Position numbers and translations under genes: made by a program. From positions 1 through 64,000 of the IMG/VR virus record IMGVR_UViG_3300045996_002431: a stretch of DNA of 64,000 nt; one strand, written 5' to 3'. The notes beneath the pieces are model-generated. The model was not told where the DNA came from and did not search any database. It saw only the letters and a list, made by a program, of their open reading frames with translations. Below, piece by piece: positions 8,512 to 19,225 of this stretch. Source of the DNA: a virus. Position 1 is the first letter of the stretch; each line of letters begins with the position of its first letter.

Positions 8512-9129
8512 ATGCATCCAATTAAAAAAGCATACAAATACGCCAAGGCACAAAATCTCATTCATGAGGGGCAAAACTGGTATATAGAAGCGCATAATTT
8601 TGCTTTTATCTTAAGCCAAACATATCAAATTAATTTAGATAAAGTTTGCGCGGTTATTTCTGCCTTAAGTCCTGCCGTATCTTGGGATCAAAATAAAAAG
8701 GACGCCAAAGCCTTATGCCAATTGTTTGACCTGAACTTACATAATGAGAATGTATATCAGTATCACAACTTTAGCACATATGGGCAAAATGTTCAGAAGG
8801 CTGTTAATATACTGAATTCAGATAAGAGTCCGATTGAGTTTTTCCCCGCTCAAAAGTCAGGTTTTAAAACTCACTCTTTCTACCTGAATATCCTAAACCC
8901 GTTCGAATACTCAAACGTAACAATAGACAGGCATGCGCTGGCAGTTTGTGACGGGTTTAATACCTCGAGACCTCAGTCACTCACTAGGCTAAAATACGTC
9001 AATTATGAGAAGCAATACCAAGGCATAGCAAAAGAGCTGGGTTTAATACCTTGTGAGCTACAAGCTATCGTTTGGGTAGCTTATAAGCATGCACAAGACA
9101 ATAATGTTAAAATATTTAAAACTAAGTAA
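8512..9129 (+). CDS. HhH-GPD/DNA-glycosylase-like phage protein (DUF7178-type)
   Basis: WY..AH...VISALSP..SWDQN...KT.SFY.NI...VTIDRHA...ELG..P.ELQA.VW. Confidence 0.7.
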   Translation: MHPIKKAYKYAKAQNLIHEGQNWYIEAHNFAFILSQTYQINLDKVCAVISALSPAVSWDQNKKDAKALCQLFDLNLHNENVYQYHNFSTYGQNVQKAVNILNSDKSPIEFFPAQKSGFKTHSFYLNILNPFEYSNVTIDRHALAVCDGFNTSRPQSLTRLKYVNYEKQYQGIAKELGLIPCELQAIVWVAYKHAQDNNVKIFKTK

Positions 9130-9131
9130 TA

Positions 9132-12100
9132 ATGGGAACAATAATCGATCAATCCTACAGGGGTGACAAACAACAAAGATACACCAGCTACGTTAAAACG
9201 TTTAGAGTAGTTGCAATAAGCTCAAATACGAATTCCTTCGGACTTAAGCAGGTAATATTAATGGCACCCGACGGAATAACTTTTAAGGCATGTAAATATG
9301 GTCCTTTCATCCCGTCTAAAGGTTCGGACCTATCAATTGATACAAAGGTTGATAATGAGACTGGGCAGGCTACGTATAATTTTGCCGCCGCAGGTTTTGA
9401 GATACATGAAAAAATGCCCAATGCACCACAGAAAGTAAGACAGGAAGTGTTTAACAATAAAACCAAGTAAGATGAACCAGTTATTCGAATTATTCAAAGG
9501 GGTGCTTCACCAGTATTTAAAGCACAATAACATAAACCTCAATCCCGAGGAAAGAGCAGCCACAACTGAACGTGTAAAAACCAATTGGGAACGGTACGTT
9601 AAAAAGATAGTTGAGACTGCCCATTCTGACTCAGAAGCAGCAAGCTTCGGACTCAAAACTAAACGTCCTACTCAATTCCAACTGCAGGCGGCACGAATAT
9701 CAATGGAACATGGGCTGGTCTTATTCGCAAAATTTGCAGTAACAGGCGTGGAAACAATTGACGAAATAAAGTAATAACTAAAAACTTAATAACATGAAAC
9801 CAACACAATTTAAGGCAGTAAAACTCGAAAGATATTCCCAAGATATTAGGAACGGAAAAACAGTCCTAGTTAAACCACTAACTAAACGAGGCATCATTAA
9901 TACCGAGACGGGTGAGCTTATCGCTTATATACCTGACTTTTGTCCTGAAGGCACAGAACAGGGGTTAATTGCTATCCTGAATAATAACAGGACTGTTGTT
10001 TTACCTTCGCTTATTTCCGCGCCTGAAAACTGGATTCCGAAAACTGGTGAATGGGTGAGGTTAAAATCAAATAACGTAGTATATGAATTCCGATCTATGA
10101 ACCTAGGAGGCAAATGTGTATTGAGAAAAATCAGCACAAGACTAAACGCAGGTCACATAAACAACATTGATATAACCGAAATTAAACCTTATTAAGATGG
10201 AAAAGAAAATTGAATTCACCCCATTCTTGGCAGTAGCATATGCCGAGGGGTTCTGCGAAGGCGAGAACGCCACAATAGTTGAACGTATCGAGGCATTCGC
10301 ATACATAGCTAAACACAACCTGCAATCAACCCTGCAGGGATTCTTTGGCCGGACCATAGCCGAGCTGAAAAACAGGGGCCTAATCACTGAAGACAATGAG
10401 CCGAACTACGAAAAAATTGATGAACTTTTAAACGACTAAACCATGAAAAACATCAGAACATTTATTGTAAAGTACGTGCCAAGCACGGAAAGCAAACCAG
10501 CTAGAATACTAATAACAGACCTTCGCCACAAGGCATCGAAGACTATCAGTTATCATGAATTCGACGGCCGAGATATAGCCGAACGTGCCGAGAAGTATCT
10601 CAAAACAAAGGGCATCAGGATATCTTTCCAGTCAGAAGGGAGTCAATATTCTATGCTTCATACGGAAGATTTTGTAAGACCGATTAAGTAATTTAAAAAC
10701 TAGAAATCATGAAAAAGAATAAACAAAAAACATTCCCCAACGGATTCAAGAGCTGGGTGGAAACCCATCATGAGGTGGTATCGGAAATTACACAGGCCCT
10801 GACAGCCGAAGAACTTGGTCCTGAGTTTAAGAACAGGGCAGTGAGGGTCAGCGAAGAAGAAGGCACAGGTGGTATTTACCAACTAGCCGAGGCGCTTACA
10901 GACAAGTTCGAAGAACTGAATAAGGGCAGGGTGTGGGATGGTGAATTCTTTGATGAGGTCAATGAATTCATGAGAACAGAACTAAACAAGGAAGAAGACT
11001 AACTTAAAAAATATCAATTATGAAAGATCAATTTGTAACATACGAAATAGCCAAGAAGCTTAAAGAACTTGGATTTAATGAGCCATGCTTTACCTGCTAT
11101 TCCAAAAAAAATCAATCGGATAAAGAGTGTAAATTATTTGATGATGAGATTTCAATTCACAATTGGAATGAATATTCAGGTCAAACATATTCCTCACCGC
11201 TATGGCAACAAGCTATTGACTGGCTGAGGGAAAAACACGATATAATTGTTTGTTTTAACCCCGAAGAAAGAATGTGGGACACATACAACGGAAATTGTTT
11301 GGAATTTGCAGGAAACACCCGCGAAGCAGCAATACTAAAAGCACTTGAATTAATTAACTAAATAATTTTACGCTCATGAACAAGAATCAGACAACAGTAA
11401 GCACAGACTTCTTGATCCTTAAAAATGTTCGCATGCCTCGCGGCATAGAGAACGAGACAGGAGCTCAGGTAGTATTCGAATATCAATGCGAAGAAACAAA
11501 AGAGAGACTGAATGTATATGGCCGCAAGAACGAGGAAAAAGAACTGGACCAATGGGCTGATCGAGACGGGGATAATATTCCGGAGAGCGAAGCTAACCTT
11601 CTTCTTCAAAACTCAGCAGCACTGAAAGCATGGGCCGAGCACGGCTGGAGTTATGTTAAACGTTATTGTATGTAATCATGAGAAAAGTAAATGGAGAAAT
11701 TGCCCTTCGAGAAGGAGAGAGATTTCAATTAAACGGAAAAACGTATGAAGTAACTTTTGCAGAACCAATGTATGGCGGAAGGATATATGTAGAGATACCA
11801 AAACCTGGAGCCACTAACGCACTAGGGCGCGTGACTAATAAAGGCGCTATAGATGTTACAGAAGGCGTTAGAGGATATGCAGAAGAAATTGGAACAGATT
11901 CGTCCAAAATGATTTATTGGGGTAGGGCAATTTTCGTTGAGAAAAAATAAATTGTTCAAAAGTGTAACCTTAACTTATTAACTAACGTAAAAGGAAGAAA
12001 AGAATGAAACTATCAGAATATAATCAGAGACCAACAAGAACGAGGATCGACTCGGCAGGGAAGTTCTTCCTTGAGACTATCTTTGTCAATGGCAAAAGAG

Positions 12101-12500
12101 ATGTTAAGGTCCGGACCAAACAATCGAACGGCACCTTACTATCTGAGTATATGTATGGCATATGGAGTAATATGGCTGGTGACTTTACGGTGACGTTCAG
12201 TGGCCATCTTATATTCATGACTTCCGCCGAGGGAAGAGTAACTTTGAACAAACTGAAACAGGTTCATCAAAATGCACTTGATAAATTTATCGAGAAGGTT
12301 AAGAAAGGAGAAATATTATGACTATCAAAGAACTCAAGAACAGGGAAGCTACGAGAGTTTGGATCAACTGCCCTAGCCACAATCTTCACGGAAAGGTCGC
12401 TATAGCCATTGTGGATAGGTGGGATAATGTTAGGGTGTATTTCACCGAAGGTAATTTAATATCAATGGAAATTGATCCAATATACTTAGAAAGGAAGTAA
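9132..12500 (+). CDS. Run of about 11 small hypothetical early genes (9132-9470, 9472-9774, 9794-10195, 10197-10439, 10443-10691, 10709-11002, 11020-11361, 11376-11675, 11666-11950, 12004-12321, 12318-12500)
   Basis: Tightly packed, co-oriented ORFs with A-rich leaders. Several carry common phage motifs (LQGFFGRT..L..GLI; FVTYEIAKKLKELGF..C...WLREKH). Confidence 0.75.
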
Positions 12501-12504
12501 TAGA

Positions 12505-13140
12505 ATGAAAAGAGACGAATCAATATTAGACAAGCACATTTTTATCGTGGTATCAGATGCCGCTGGTAAAAAGTATACGGTCGAGATACCAAAGCAGGAC
12601 GTTTCTGTGTACAGAGTCCGCAAGACTATATCCAAGATACAAACAGACGAGAACTTCCTTAACGGAAAGATGCGTCACGACGAGGTAATCAATTACTTCA
12701 ATATAAAGGGCATCTTTGCCCGAGCTAAGTTCGACTTCAAAGTTATGTACCTGAATCCGGTTGTAAGGGCAAGAATGCGTGACAAGACCGTTAGCCAGGC
12801 CCTGAAGATCATCTACGAATGCGTAGCCACATACTACCGAATGAGACCGGAAGATCTTAAAAGCAAGTCACGCCTTAAGAGATACGTTATGTTCAGGGAA
12901 ATGTTCGCATACATAGCCAAGACAAGGTGTGATCGGGCTACTTACTGGGAGATCGGCGAAGAGCTTGGGGGGATGTCTCACTGTACCATGCTACACCATA
13001 AGAATAAGATCGATGGATTTGTTGAGACCGGAGATGAGATGGTGACTCATGATATTTCCGAGATCGACAGGCTAATCAGTCTGAGGTTAATAGAAGAGGA
13101 CAAAAAAGTTTCAAAAGAAATACAAGTTGTTAATAGTTAA
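12505..13140 (+). CDS. Protein with DnaA C-terminal (domain IV) HTH
   Basis: VATYY.M..EDLKSKSR...VMFREMFAYIA...TYWEIGEELGGMSHCTMLH matches the Bac_DnaA_C pattern. No AAA+ domain. Confidence 0.8.
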   Translation: MKRDESILDKHIFIVVSDAAGKKYTVEIPKQDVSVYRVRKTISKIQTDENFLNGKMRHDEVINYFNIKGIFARAKFDFKVMYLNPVVRARMRDKTVSQALKIIYECVATYYRMRPEDLKSKSRLKRYVMFREMFAYIAKTRCDRATYWEIGEELGGMSHCTMLHHKNKIDGFVETGDEMVTHDISEIDRLISLRLIEEDKKVSKEIQVVNS

Positions 13141-13519
13141 ATTCATATTAATCGAGGTTGGAAAACTAACCATCATAGGGGCGGCGAATATGTTCCTGCT
13201 TCCGGTGCATCTTGTGATGTTTGGATGGAAGTCTTTCCGCCGCAAAAAACGAAAAATGGAAACAGAAGAAGAACAGATGAACGACAAGAAACTGAAACTC
13301 ATCAAGAAAGTAAACAAGATGGGTTTTTTCACCGGATCAACAAACGTTGCCATCATTGGTCGCGAAGCCCAGCTAGGGTACGGAAAGATCATAAAAATGG
13401 ACTACGATCCGGAGTATTATAAGCCATACGACGTGAACCCGAGTCACCTAGTTCTTCATGTTCAATTCCCAGGAGACTCTACTGTTTGGTTTGTGAACAT
13501 CGATAAGTTGAGAAAATAA
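13127..13519 (+). CDS. Hypothetical protein (start uncertain)
   Basis: ORF in operon; N-terminal hydrophobic segment. Confidence 0.5.
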   Translation: MLIVKFILIEVGKLTIIGAANMFLLPVHLVMFGWKSFRRKKRKMETEEEQMNDKKLKLIKKVNKMGFFTGSTNVAIIGREAQLGYGKIIKMDYDPEYYKPYDVNPSHLVLHVQFPGDSTVWFVNIDKLRK

Positions 13520-13568
13520 CATACATTAACAAATAAATAAAATTAATCACCGTAATATTGTAAAAGCC

Positions 13569-13859
13569 ATGATTGAAGCTCCTGACACAAAAAAAAGAAT
13601 TCAGATCTACACAAAGGCAATTGAGATCGTTGGAGACAATAACACTTTAAGCAAGAACCATACATGTACTTGCAAGGCGCTGTTCGATCAATTAATGCAA
13701 TTCCATTGCGGTCTTTACTACAGGGATATGTCTGAATTCTTTCCTGAGTTTGTCATGTTTCAGCCTGAGTACAAAACCACAAGAGAGAGATGGTTCGAAA
13801 CAAGATTGGAACGTCAAATTGCACTTGAGTTTTGCATACAAATCACTAAAGACAAATAA
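13569..13859 (+). CDS. Hypothetical protein, paralog family A
   Basis: RIQIY...CKAL...FFPEFVMFQP...WF...RQIALEFC. Confidence 0.7.
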   Translation: MIEAPDTKKRIQIYTKAIEIVGDNNTLSKNHTCTCKALFDQLMQFHCGLYYRDMSEFFPEFVMFQPEYKTTRERWFETRLERQIALEFCIQITKDK

Positions 13860-13874
13860 AAATTAAATCGTAAC

Positions 13875-14873
13875 ATGAGAAAAGAATCAGTATTTGGGAA
13901 ACCATCAACAGAGGTGTCAATTGATCCGGAAATTCCATTCGGAGACTGGCTGGCAAGAAATAACTTCCAACCTTATCACGCAAACTGGAGAATGGAGTCA
14001 CCTCAGTGGATCCAAACAGGAGTTAATCCTACATTGTTCTCAACAACAGAATTGTTTAACCGATATAAAACCGAAACGCAACATGAAACCAAGTAAGGCA
14101 TTATTCCACATCTTCGCAGGCATATCCCTGCAGTATTTCAAAGACTACTACAAAGACGAGCAACAGTCTTTCATCGATGACGAGAACAAACGCATCGAAG
14201 AAGCGCCAAACTCCAAGCTTAAAAGCAAAGCAAAAAGCAATATGAAGACTGGACTGGACCAGCTCAAAAACTATCACAATCGCACTATAAACGCACTTGA
14301 GTTCGCCATGAAGAGTAACGTCTCCAGGCTCAACATCGAGGCTCAGGAGCACCTTAACAAGTCAATGGCTGGGGTTAAACTTATGGTTGAGAAAATCAAG
14401 TCTCCTGAAGACTTCCCGAGACTAATCACCCTGATCGATCTGTACAACACTGGTGCTTTTAAAGAAGTGTTTGCCGATCTTGATGGTAAGACGGCGGAAG
14501 AATTGGAAGAGGAGAATTACTCTCAATACAACGAATCTGATAAGGATAAATTTGTTGAAGAATACCCGGTTGATGCGAAAGACGCGTTCACGCAAAACGA
14601 TCCTGAAGAACAATTGCCATAATGATAGAACTGACAGCCAAGGAAGAAAAGTGGGCCGAGGCCGTAAGTAAGGCAATCGCATCCACGGCATACGACTCAG
14701 CTCACTGGAAGAGCCTCAAAGATATCATTAGAACCGCAACTGGTATCTATCGATCATCGAATGAAGAGGAGTCCATCCTGGACAACAACACACTAAGAAG
14801 GGTAGTCCTTTACCTCACACAAAAAGGGAATAAGATCAGATTCGAAAAAGGAGTTATTCATGCAGGAGTTTAA
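13875..14873 (+). CDS. Three hypothetical genes (13875-14096, 14083-14622, 14622-14873)
   Basis: Overlapping start/stop codons. Start of the second gene moved to ATG 14083. Confidence 0.65.
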
Positions 14874-15072
14874 AGACACACTAAGAAAAGCAGCGGACCT
14901 CGCTATTCACCATAACCAGGCTTCGGTGCCATTCTTCCAAAGGAAGCTTAATATGTCCTACCTGAAGGCGGAAATCGTTTGTACCGCACTGGAAGGATAC
15001 GGAGCCATCCGGCAGACAGAAACAAGGGAGTATGAAGTTAATCATGAAGTAGCCAAACAATTATTCAAGTAA
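14860..15072 (+). CDS. Stand-alone FtsK gamma-like winged-helix domain
   Basis: AADLAIHHNQASVPFFQRKLNMSYLKAEIVCTALEGYGAI versus the FtsK-gamma consensus AS.S.LQR.L.IGY.RA..I...LE..G.V. Confidence 0.75.
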   Translation: MQEFKDTLRKAADLAIHHNQASVPFFQRKLNMSYLKAEIVCTALEGYGAIRQTETREYEVNHEVAKQLFK

Positions 15073-15447
15073 ATGGAAAACTTATTTGAAATAGGGGACA
15101 GGGTGATCTGTGTTGACGATCGCCGAAACCATCCTCAGACTGTATTCGACTTCCGGCAATGGGTCGTAAGGGAAAAGGAATACCATGTAAGAGGCTTTCA
15201 GGGGAATGATGGTATCGTAACAGGTATTCTTCTTGAAGAGGTCCATAATCCACCCATATTCATTAAATTACTGGGTAGGAAACAGGAGCCCGCATTTGCG
15301 GTATGGAGATTCAGGAAAACTAAATCTGCGTTTTTGATCGCTGAAGAAAAAGAAGAAGAGTGTGTTCCGATAGAGGAACTTCCGCCCGGAGAACTTAACC
15401 CAGGAAAATTCACAATAGATTTAAGACCAGCAGCACAAAATGTCTAG
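15073..15447 (+). CDS. Hypothetical SH3-like protein, paralog family B
   Basis: FEIGDRVICVDD...WVVREKEYHV...GILLEEV...FAVWRF. Confidence 0.7.
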   Translation: MENLFEIGDRVICVDDRRNHPQTVFDFRQWVVREKEYHVRGFQGNDGIVTGILLEEVHNPPIFIKLLGRKQEPAFAVWRFRKTKSAFLIAEEKEEECVPIEELPPGELNPGKFTIDLRPAAQNV

Positions 15448-15531
15448 GTTGTTAGAGAAATCAGAGGAACCTAGACATAGACCTAGACACGATGTCTAGG
15501 TTGATGAAGAAATTAAAAGGAACCTAGACAT
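15440..15531. repeat. Cluster of five (A)ACCTAGACA motifs forming two inverted-repeat units
   Basis: ATGTCTAGGTT-N17-AACCTAGACAT (15440-15478), ACCTAGACA (15481-15489), ATGTCTAGGTT-N18-AACCTAGACAT (15492-15531). Confidence 0.9.
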
Positions 15532-15543
15532 TAACCCACTAAC

Positions 15544-16273
15544 ATGAAAGCAACAATATTCTATTCATCACGCCGAAGGGCAGAATCCATGAAAATGTGG
15601 TTATCGATCGATCTTCAGAAAAAGATCGGTAATTCACTGATATTCGAAGAGTCCCCCAATCCAAGGATCCGGTCAGCCGGAGATCTTGAGAACGGTAACA
15701 AGATTCATGCTAATGACAAAGTATCCACTTGCGTTGTAATCCTTAAGGGAGTGCATAACGATGATCTAAGAGGAGATTACGAAGTTGAACAGGAGGGTGA
15801 TTGGTTTTATCTTGATAAAATTTAAAAACATGAGATATATTATTATTCCTTTACTAATACTGTTTTACATTTACTGGTCTTATTTATCAGTGGTGAATAT
15901 ACTTGACTGCTTTCCTAGACTGGAGTGGTATGCCGCTTTGTGGTTTACTGTACACTCAGCAATCAGTGTTAGTATAGTGTTCACGTACTTGTTGTATTTC
16001 ACAATCAAACACTGGTAGATGACCCTAAAAAGGATCTTTGACGACACATTGAGACCGGGGGATCCGGTTATTCATAGACTGTCAGATCAAACATGTGAGT
16101 ATGTCGCGGTATTTATAGATGATATCATTATTGTTAAGTTCGGAGACTATCACTATAAGGTTCATCAGAAGCATGTGAGTAAGTTCAGGTTGTATATGTT
16201 TTTTAAATGGATAGGTCAGAAAGCTTATGGAATTAACTGTAGACTCGGAAGGATTTTCCGCCGTGGAAAATAA
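15544..16273 (+). CDS. Three small hypothetical/membrane genes (15544-15825, about 15830-16018, 16019-16273)
   Basis: Packed co-oriented ORFs; the middle one has 2 TM segments. Confidence 0.6.
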
Positions 16274-16279
16274 AGAATC

Positions 16280-16816
16280 ATGTTCAAGCCATTCAAAGGA
16301 GAATGCAAAGATTGTGGTAATTGGCGTTGGATCGTCGTTAAAGCCGGATTTTGTAAAGCGTGTAATGAGCGGCGAAAGTTCAGTTCTTCTAAAAGAGATG
16401 GATGGACCCAGGATATTGTGGCCACAAAAGAGGACAAACATAATTATAAAAAAGACTTCAAGACAAAAAAACCGATTCAGAAAAAGGCATCAAAGATACA
16501 GTACCGCAAAAAAAGTACTGGTGAGCTGGCGCTTTTCCTTGAAATGTGGCAAGAGGCAATCGAGAGTCCTACGGGTCCCGTATGTAGATGTTGCGCCACG
16601 CCCCTGGGATTCTTCTCTGTGTCATACTTCTCTCATTTACTGGGAAAAGGAGCCTACCCTAAGTTTAGACTCTTTAAAGAAAATATTTGGATTAAATGCA
16701 CGGAGTGTCATAAACTTTGGGAAACAAAGGCCATCTCCGATCTTCCAATTTGGTTCTCAGGAGCCATAGCTGAAAAAGAAAGATTAAAACAATTATATTA
16801 CACCAAAACACTATAA
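16280..16816 (+). CDS. NinG/Rap-like HNH nuclease with N-terminal Zn ribbon
   Basis: CRCC...SHLLGKGAYPKFRLFKENI...CTECH. Confidence 0.7.
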   Translation: MFKPFKGECKDCGNWRWIVVKAGFCKACNERRKFSSSKRDGWTQDIVATKEDKHNYKKDFKTKKPIQKKASKIQYRKKSTGELALFLEMWQEAIESPTGPVCRCCATPLGFFSVSYFSHLLGKGAYPKFRLFKENIWIKCTECHKLWETKAISDLPIWFSGAIAEKERLKQLYYTKTL

Positions 16817-17007
16817 ATTATGAAATCACCTAAATATTCTCTAATGCCCTTTCTTCTGTCAGTTTTATTAATAACAGTATTGTACTTTATTTTTGTTTTC
16901 ATTTCACTCAAATGGGACCCCTCTGATTGGAGGTCTGATGGTCGGTTCGCTTTTGTTTTTTTTTCACTAGTGCTTATAGTTGGCGTCTTGACAGCCAAAG
17001 GTTAAAA

Positions 17008-17460
17008 ATGAGATCGTTCACCGGAATATTTAACGCCAAGATAGATCGAGGGGAAATCTACTTTGATTCTCCCAACGATCACGACGCATATCTTAACCAT
17101 CACGATGGCCAGGACATAACAGTGACTTATGAAATAACTTCCAGGTCATCTGTAAAAAAGAAACTCTACAACTATTATCACGGACACGTACTCGACATGT
17201 ATGTAAAGAAATTTACAGAAGACGGTTTCGCTGGAATTGATAAAGTAGCTGCTGACGAATTCATAAAATCACGTATCGCAAGGTTCAAGGTTTACAACGA
17301 AAAAACCGGAGAGACTATTGAGTATCATGAAGACAAAAGAGGAATGAATAAAGAGCGGCTGACTAAATTTGTGTCAGATGCTATTTATCTTGGAGAAGAG
17401 ATGGGTATTCAGTTTGTGGATGCGGAAGAGTATAAAACAGGATGGAAAAAAGCAAAGTAA
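17008..17460 (+). CDS. NinB/Orf-like recombination protein
   Basis: RS....NYYHG...M.K..LTKFV.......EMGI pattern; adjacent to the NinG-like gene. Confidence 0.55.
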   Translation: MRSFTGIFNAKIDRGEIYFDSPNDHDAYLNHHDGQDITVTYEITSRSSVKKKLYNYYHGHVLDMYVKKFTEDGFAGIDKVAADEFIKSRIARFKVYNEKTGETIEYHEDKRGMNKERLTKFVSDAIYLGEEMGIQFVDAEEYKTGWKKAK

Positions 17461-17801
17461 CAATATTAACGCCGGAGGCTCTTCGCGAGGCCTTTGATTC
17501 AATGCCATATAGGACAGACGACTGGAGAGATGAGTATTTGAAATTCGAAAACCTTACATTCAACCTGGCATTCACCGATAATAAAAAGGTAGTGTCTTGC
17601 TGGTTTGTTTATTGTCCACTTTTTGGTGATGACGAGCCTAAGCCACCTAGGTTATTTTCAATTGAAGATTCTCATGCGATTAGTGCCATCAAAAATCAAA
17701 TCCCTGAGCCTATTTTTGGTCAAGATCCATTCATCGCACAAAAACAGCTTAAGGAGTATTATGACTTAATAATAAGTAAATTTGATGATTTGAAAAAATA
17801 A
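17442..17801 (+). CDS. Hypothetical protein
   Basis: ORF overlapping the previous gene. Confidence 0.6.
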   Translation: MEKSKVTILTPEALREAFDSMPYRTDDWRDEYLKFENLTFNLAFTDNKKVVSCWFVYCPLFGDDEPKPPRLFSIEDSHAISAIKNQIPEPIFGQDPFIAQKQLKEYYDLIISKFDDLKK

Positions 17802-18099
17802 ATTTGCAAATATGAAAAACAGCAACAAATCCGTATTCCCATTCATAGAGTTGAATGAAATAACAGGGAAACCTTTCGATCAACAATTTGGACTAACAAA
17901 ACGCGAGCATTTTGCTGCAATGGCTATGCAGGGTATTTTATCCAACAGTAATCAAGTTGAAAAATTTCAAGTAAATGACTGGGGAATAGACTCAAACAGA
18001 GTGGCTCAATGCGCTATTGATTGTGCCGACGAACTTTTAAGACAACTGGACAACCAGCAAAGCCCGATGATTTGAAAAAAATAAATTTGCAAATATGAA
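17784..18099 (+). repeat. 33/34-bp direct repeats flanking one gene
   Basis: GATGATTTGAAAAAA(A)TAAATTTGCAAATATGAA at 17784-17816 and 18066-18099. Confidence 0.9.
17812..18075 (+). CDS. Conserved small phage protein (GLTKREHFAAMAMQG family)
   Basis: FP...GLTKREHFAAMAMQGILS...A...ADELL motif, common in phages. Confidence 0.75.
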   Translation: MKNSNKSVFPFIELNEITGKPFDQQFGLTKREHFAAMAMQGILSNSNQVEKFQVNDWGIDSNRVAQCAIDCADELLRQLDNQQSPMI

Positions 18100-18120
18100 G
18101 TTTGCGTATTACATTGCAAA

Positions 18121-19191
18121 ATGACCCAAGTAACCAACCGCTACAAGTACCCTCAGCCATTAGTTGATGCCGTCTCTCACGACGGCCACATCACTTCGGG
18201 CGACATTTCAGTAACAACATTAATCGATGCTCCTCAGATATTTTATTTGAGAAAGAAGCACAAGGTTGATATACAAACAGACGTATCAGATTTGATTTGG
18301 GCTCTTATCGGGACTGCCATTCATGGTATCCTGGAACGAGCAAATATCACCAGCCACAGACGCAACGCCTTAATGGAAGTTATCCAGTTGCTGAAAGAAT
18401 TCTATTACAATAACCGTGAAAAGGAGGACCTTAAGGATGAGGCTTCCCAGGCAGAAAGAGTTTTCAAGTGGTTACTAAAGTTCATGTTCAAACATTATCC
18501 CGAACTCGAGTCTCGATATGAATTTGAAACTCATGTTACTCTTGAGGTTAACGGATGGGTTGTTTCCGGCACTGTCGATTTATATGATAAGATTGACAAG
18601 AGGATCCAGGACTATAAAGTCACCAGCACGTACATGTATACAACTCCGGAGGCTAGGAAGAAGTGGAAGCTTCAGGTAAATACATATGCTTATATGCTTC
18701 GAAAGAAAGGATACGAGGTTCTTGGTGCCGACATCATTGGTATTTTCCGCGATTGGTCAAGAAAGAAAGTAGGAAAGCCTAATTATCCGCCTCTTCAGGT
18801 AATGACCATGGAGATAATGCTTCACAAACAAGAGGATCTTGAAAAGTGGATTCTTCATAGGGTTAAGCTTCATCAAAAGGCACACGAGGGAGATTTTCCG
18901 CCTTGTAGTGGCGAAGAACGATGGGCGGTTGCCGATCAGTATGCGGTCCTGCAGTATAAAGAAGGCAAGGCGATATCGGGAAGCATAGTTTCCGAACGAG
19001 GTCTTGCTGAGAAGTTCGTAAAAGAGAACCAGCACAAATACAAGAAGCCCCTAATCATTGAGCACCGACCATCTGAATGGCGCAAGTGTGAGAGTTATTG
19101 TTCAGTTTCGAAATTCTGCGATCAGTGGGCGGAAAGAAAAAAACAAACAAGTTCACAATTTGTTAATAACTCTTCCGGTTGGGAAGGGTAA
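18121..19191 (+). CDS. PD-(D/E)xK (Cas4/RecB-like) exonuclease
   Basis: GTAIH...SGTVDLYD...IQDYKVT...QVNTY, with C-terminal C...C-x-x-x-C-x5-C. Confidence 0.85.
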   Translation: MTQVTNRYKYPQPLVDAVSHDGHITSGDISVTTLIDAPQIFYLRKKHKVDIQTDVSDLIWALIGTAIHGILERANITSHRRNALMEVIQLLKEFYYNNREKEDLKDEASQAERVFKWLLKFMFKHYPELESRYEFETHVTLEVNGWVVSGTVDLYDKIDKRIQDYKVTSTYMYTTPEARKKWKLQVNTYAYMLRKKGYEVLGADIIGIFRDWSRKKVGKPNYPPLQVMTMEIMLHKQEDLEKWILHRVKLHQKAHEGDFPPCSGEERWAVADQYAVLQYKEGKAISGSIVSERGLAEKFVKENQHKYKKPLIIEHRPSEWRKCESYCSVSKFCDQWAERKKQTSSQFVNNSSGWEG

Positions 19192-19225
19192 CTTTTTCTA
19201 CATTTGATCGTACAAGAGTAAAAAA

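Noticed and set aside
16227-16769. 180-aa ORF overlapping the NinG-like gene, and many antisense ORFs in the late arm (e.g. 61993-62739)
   Set aside because: Shadow frames of well-supported genes, with no motifs or expression signals.
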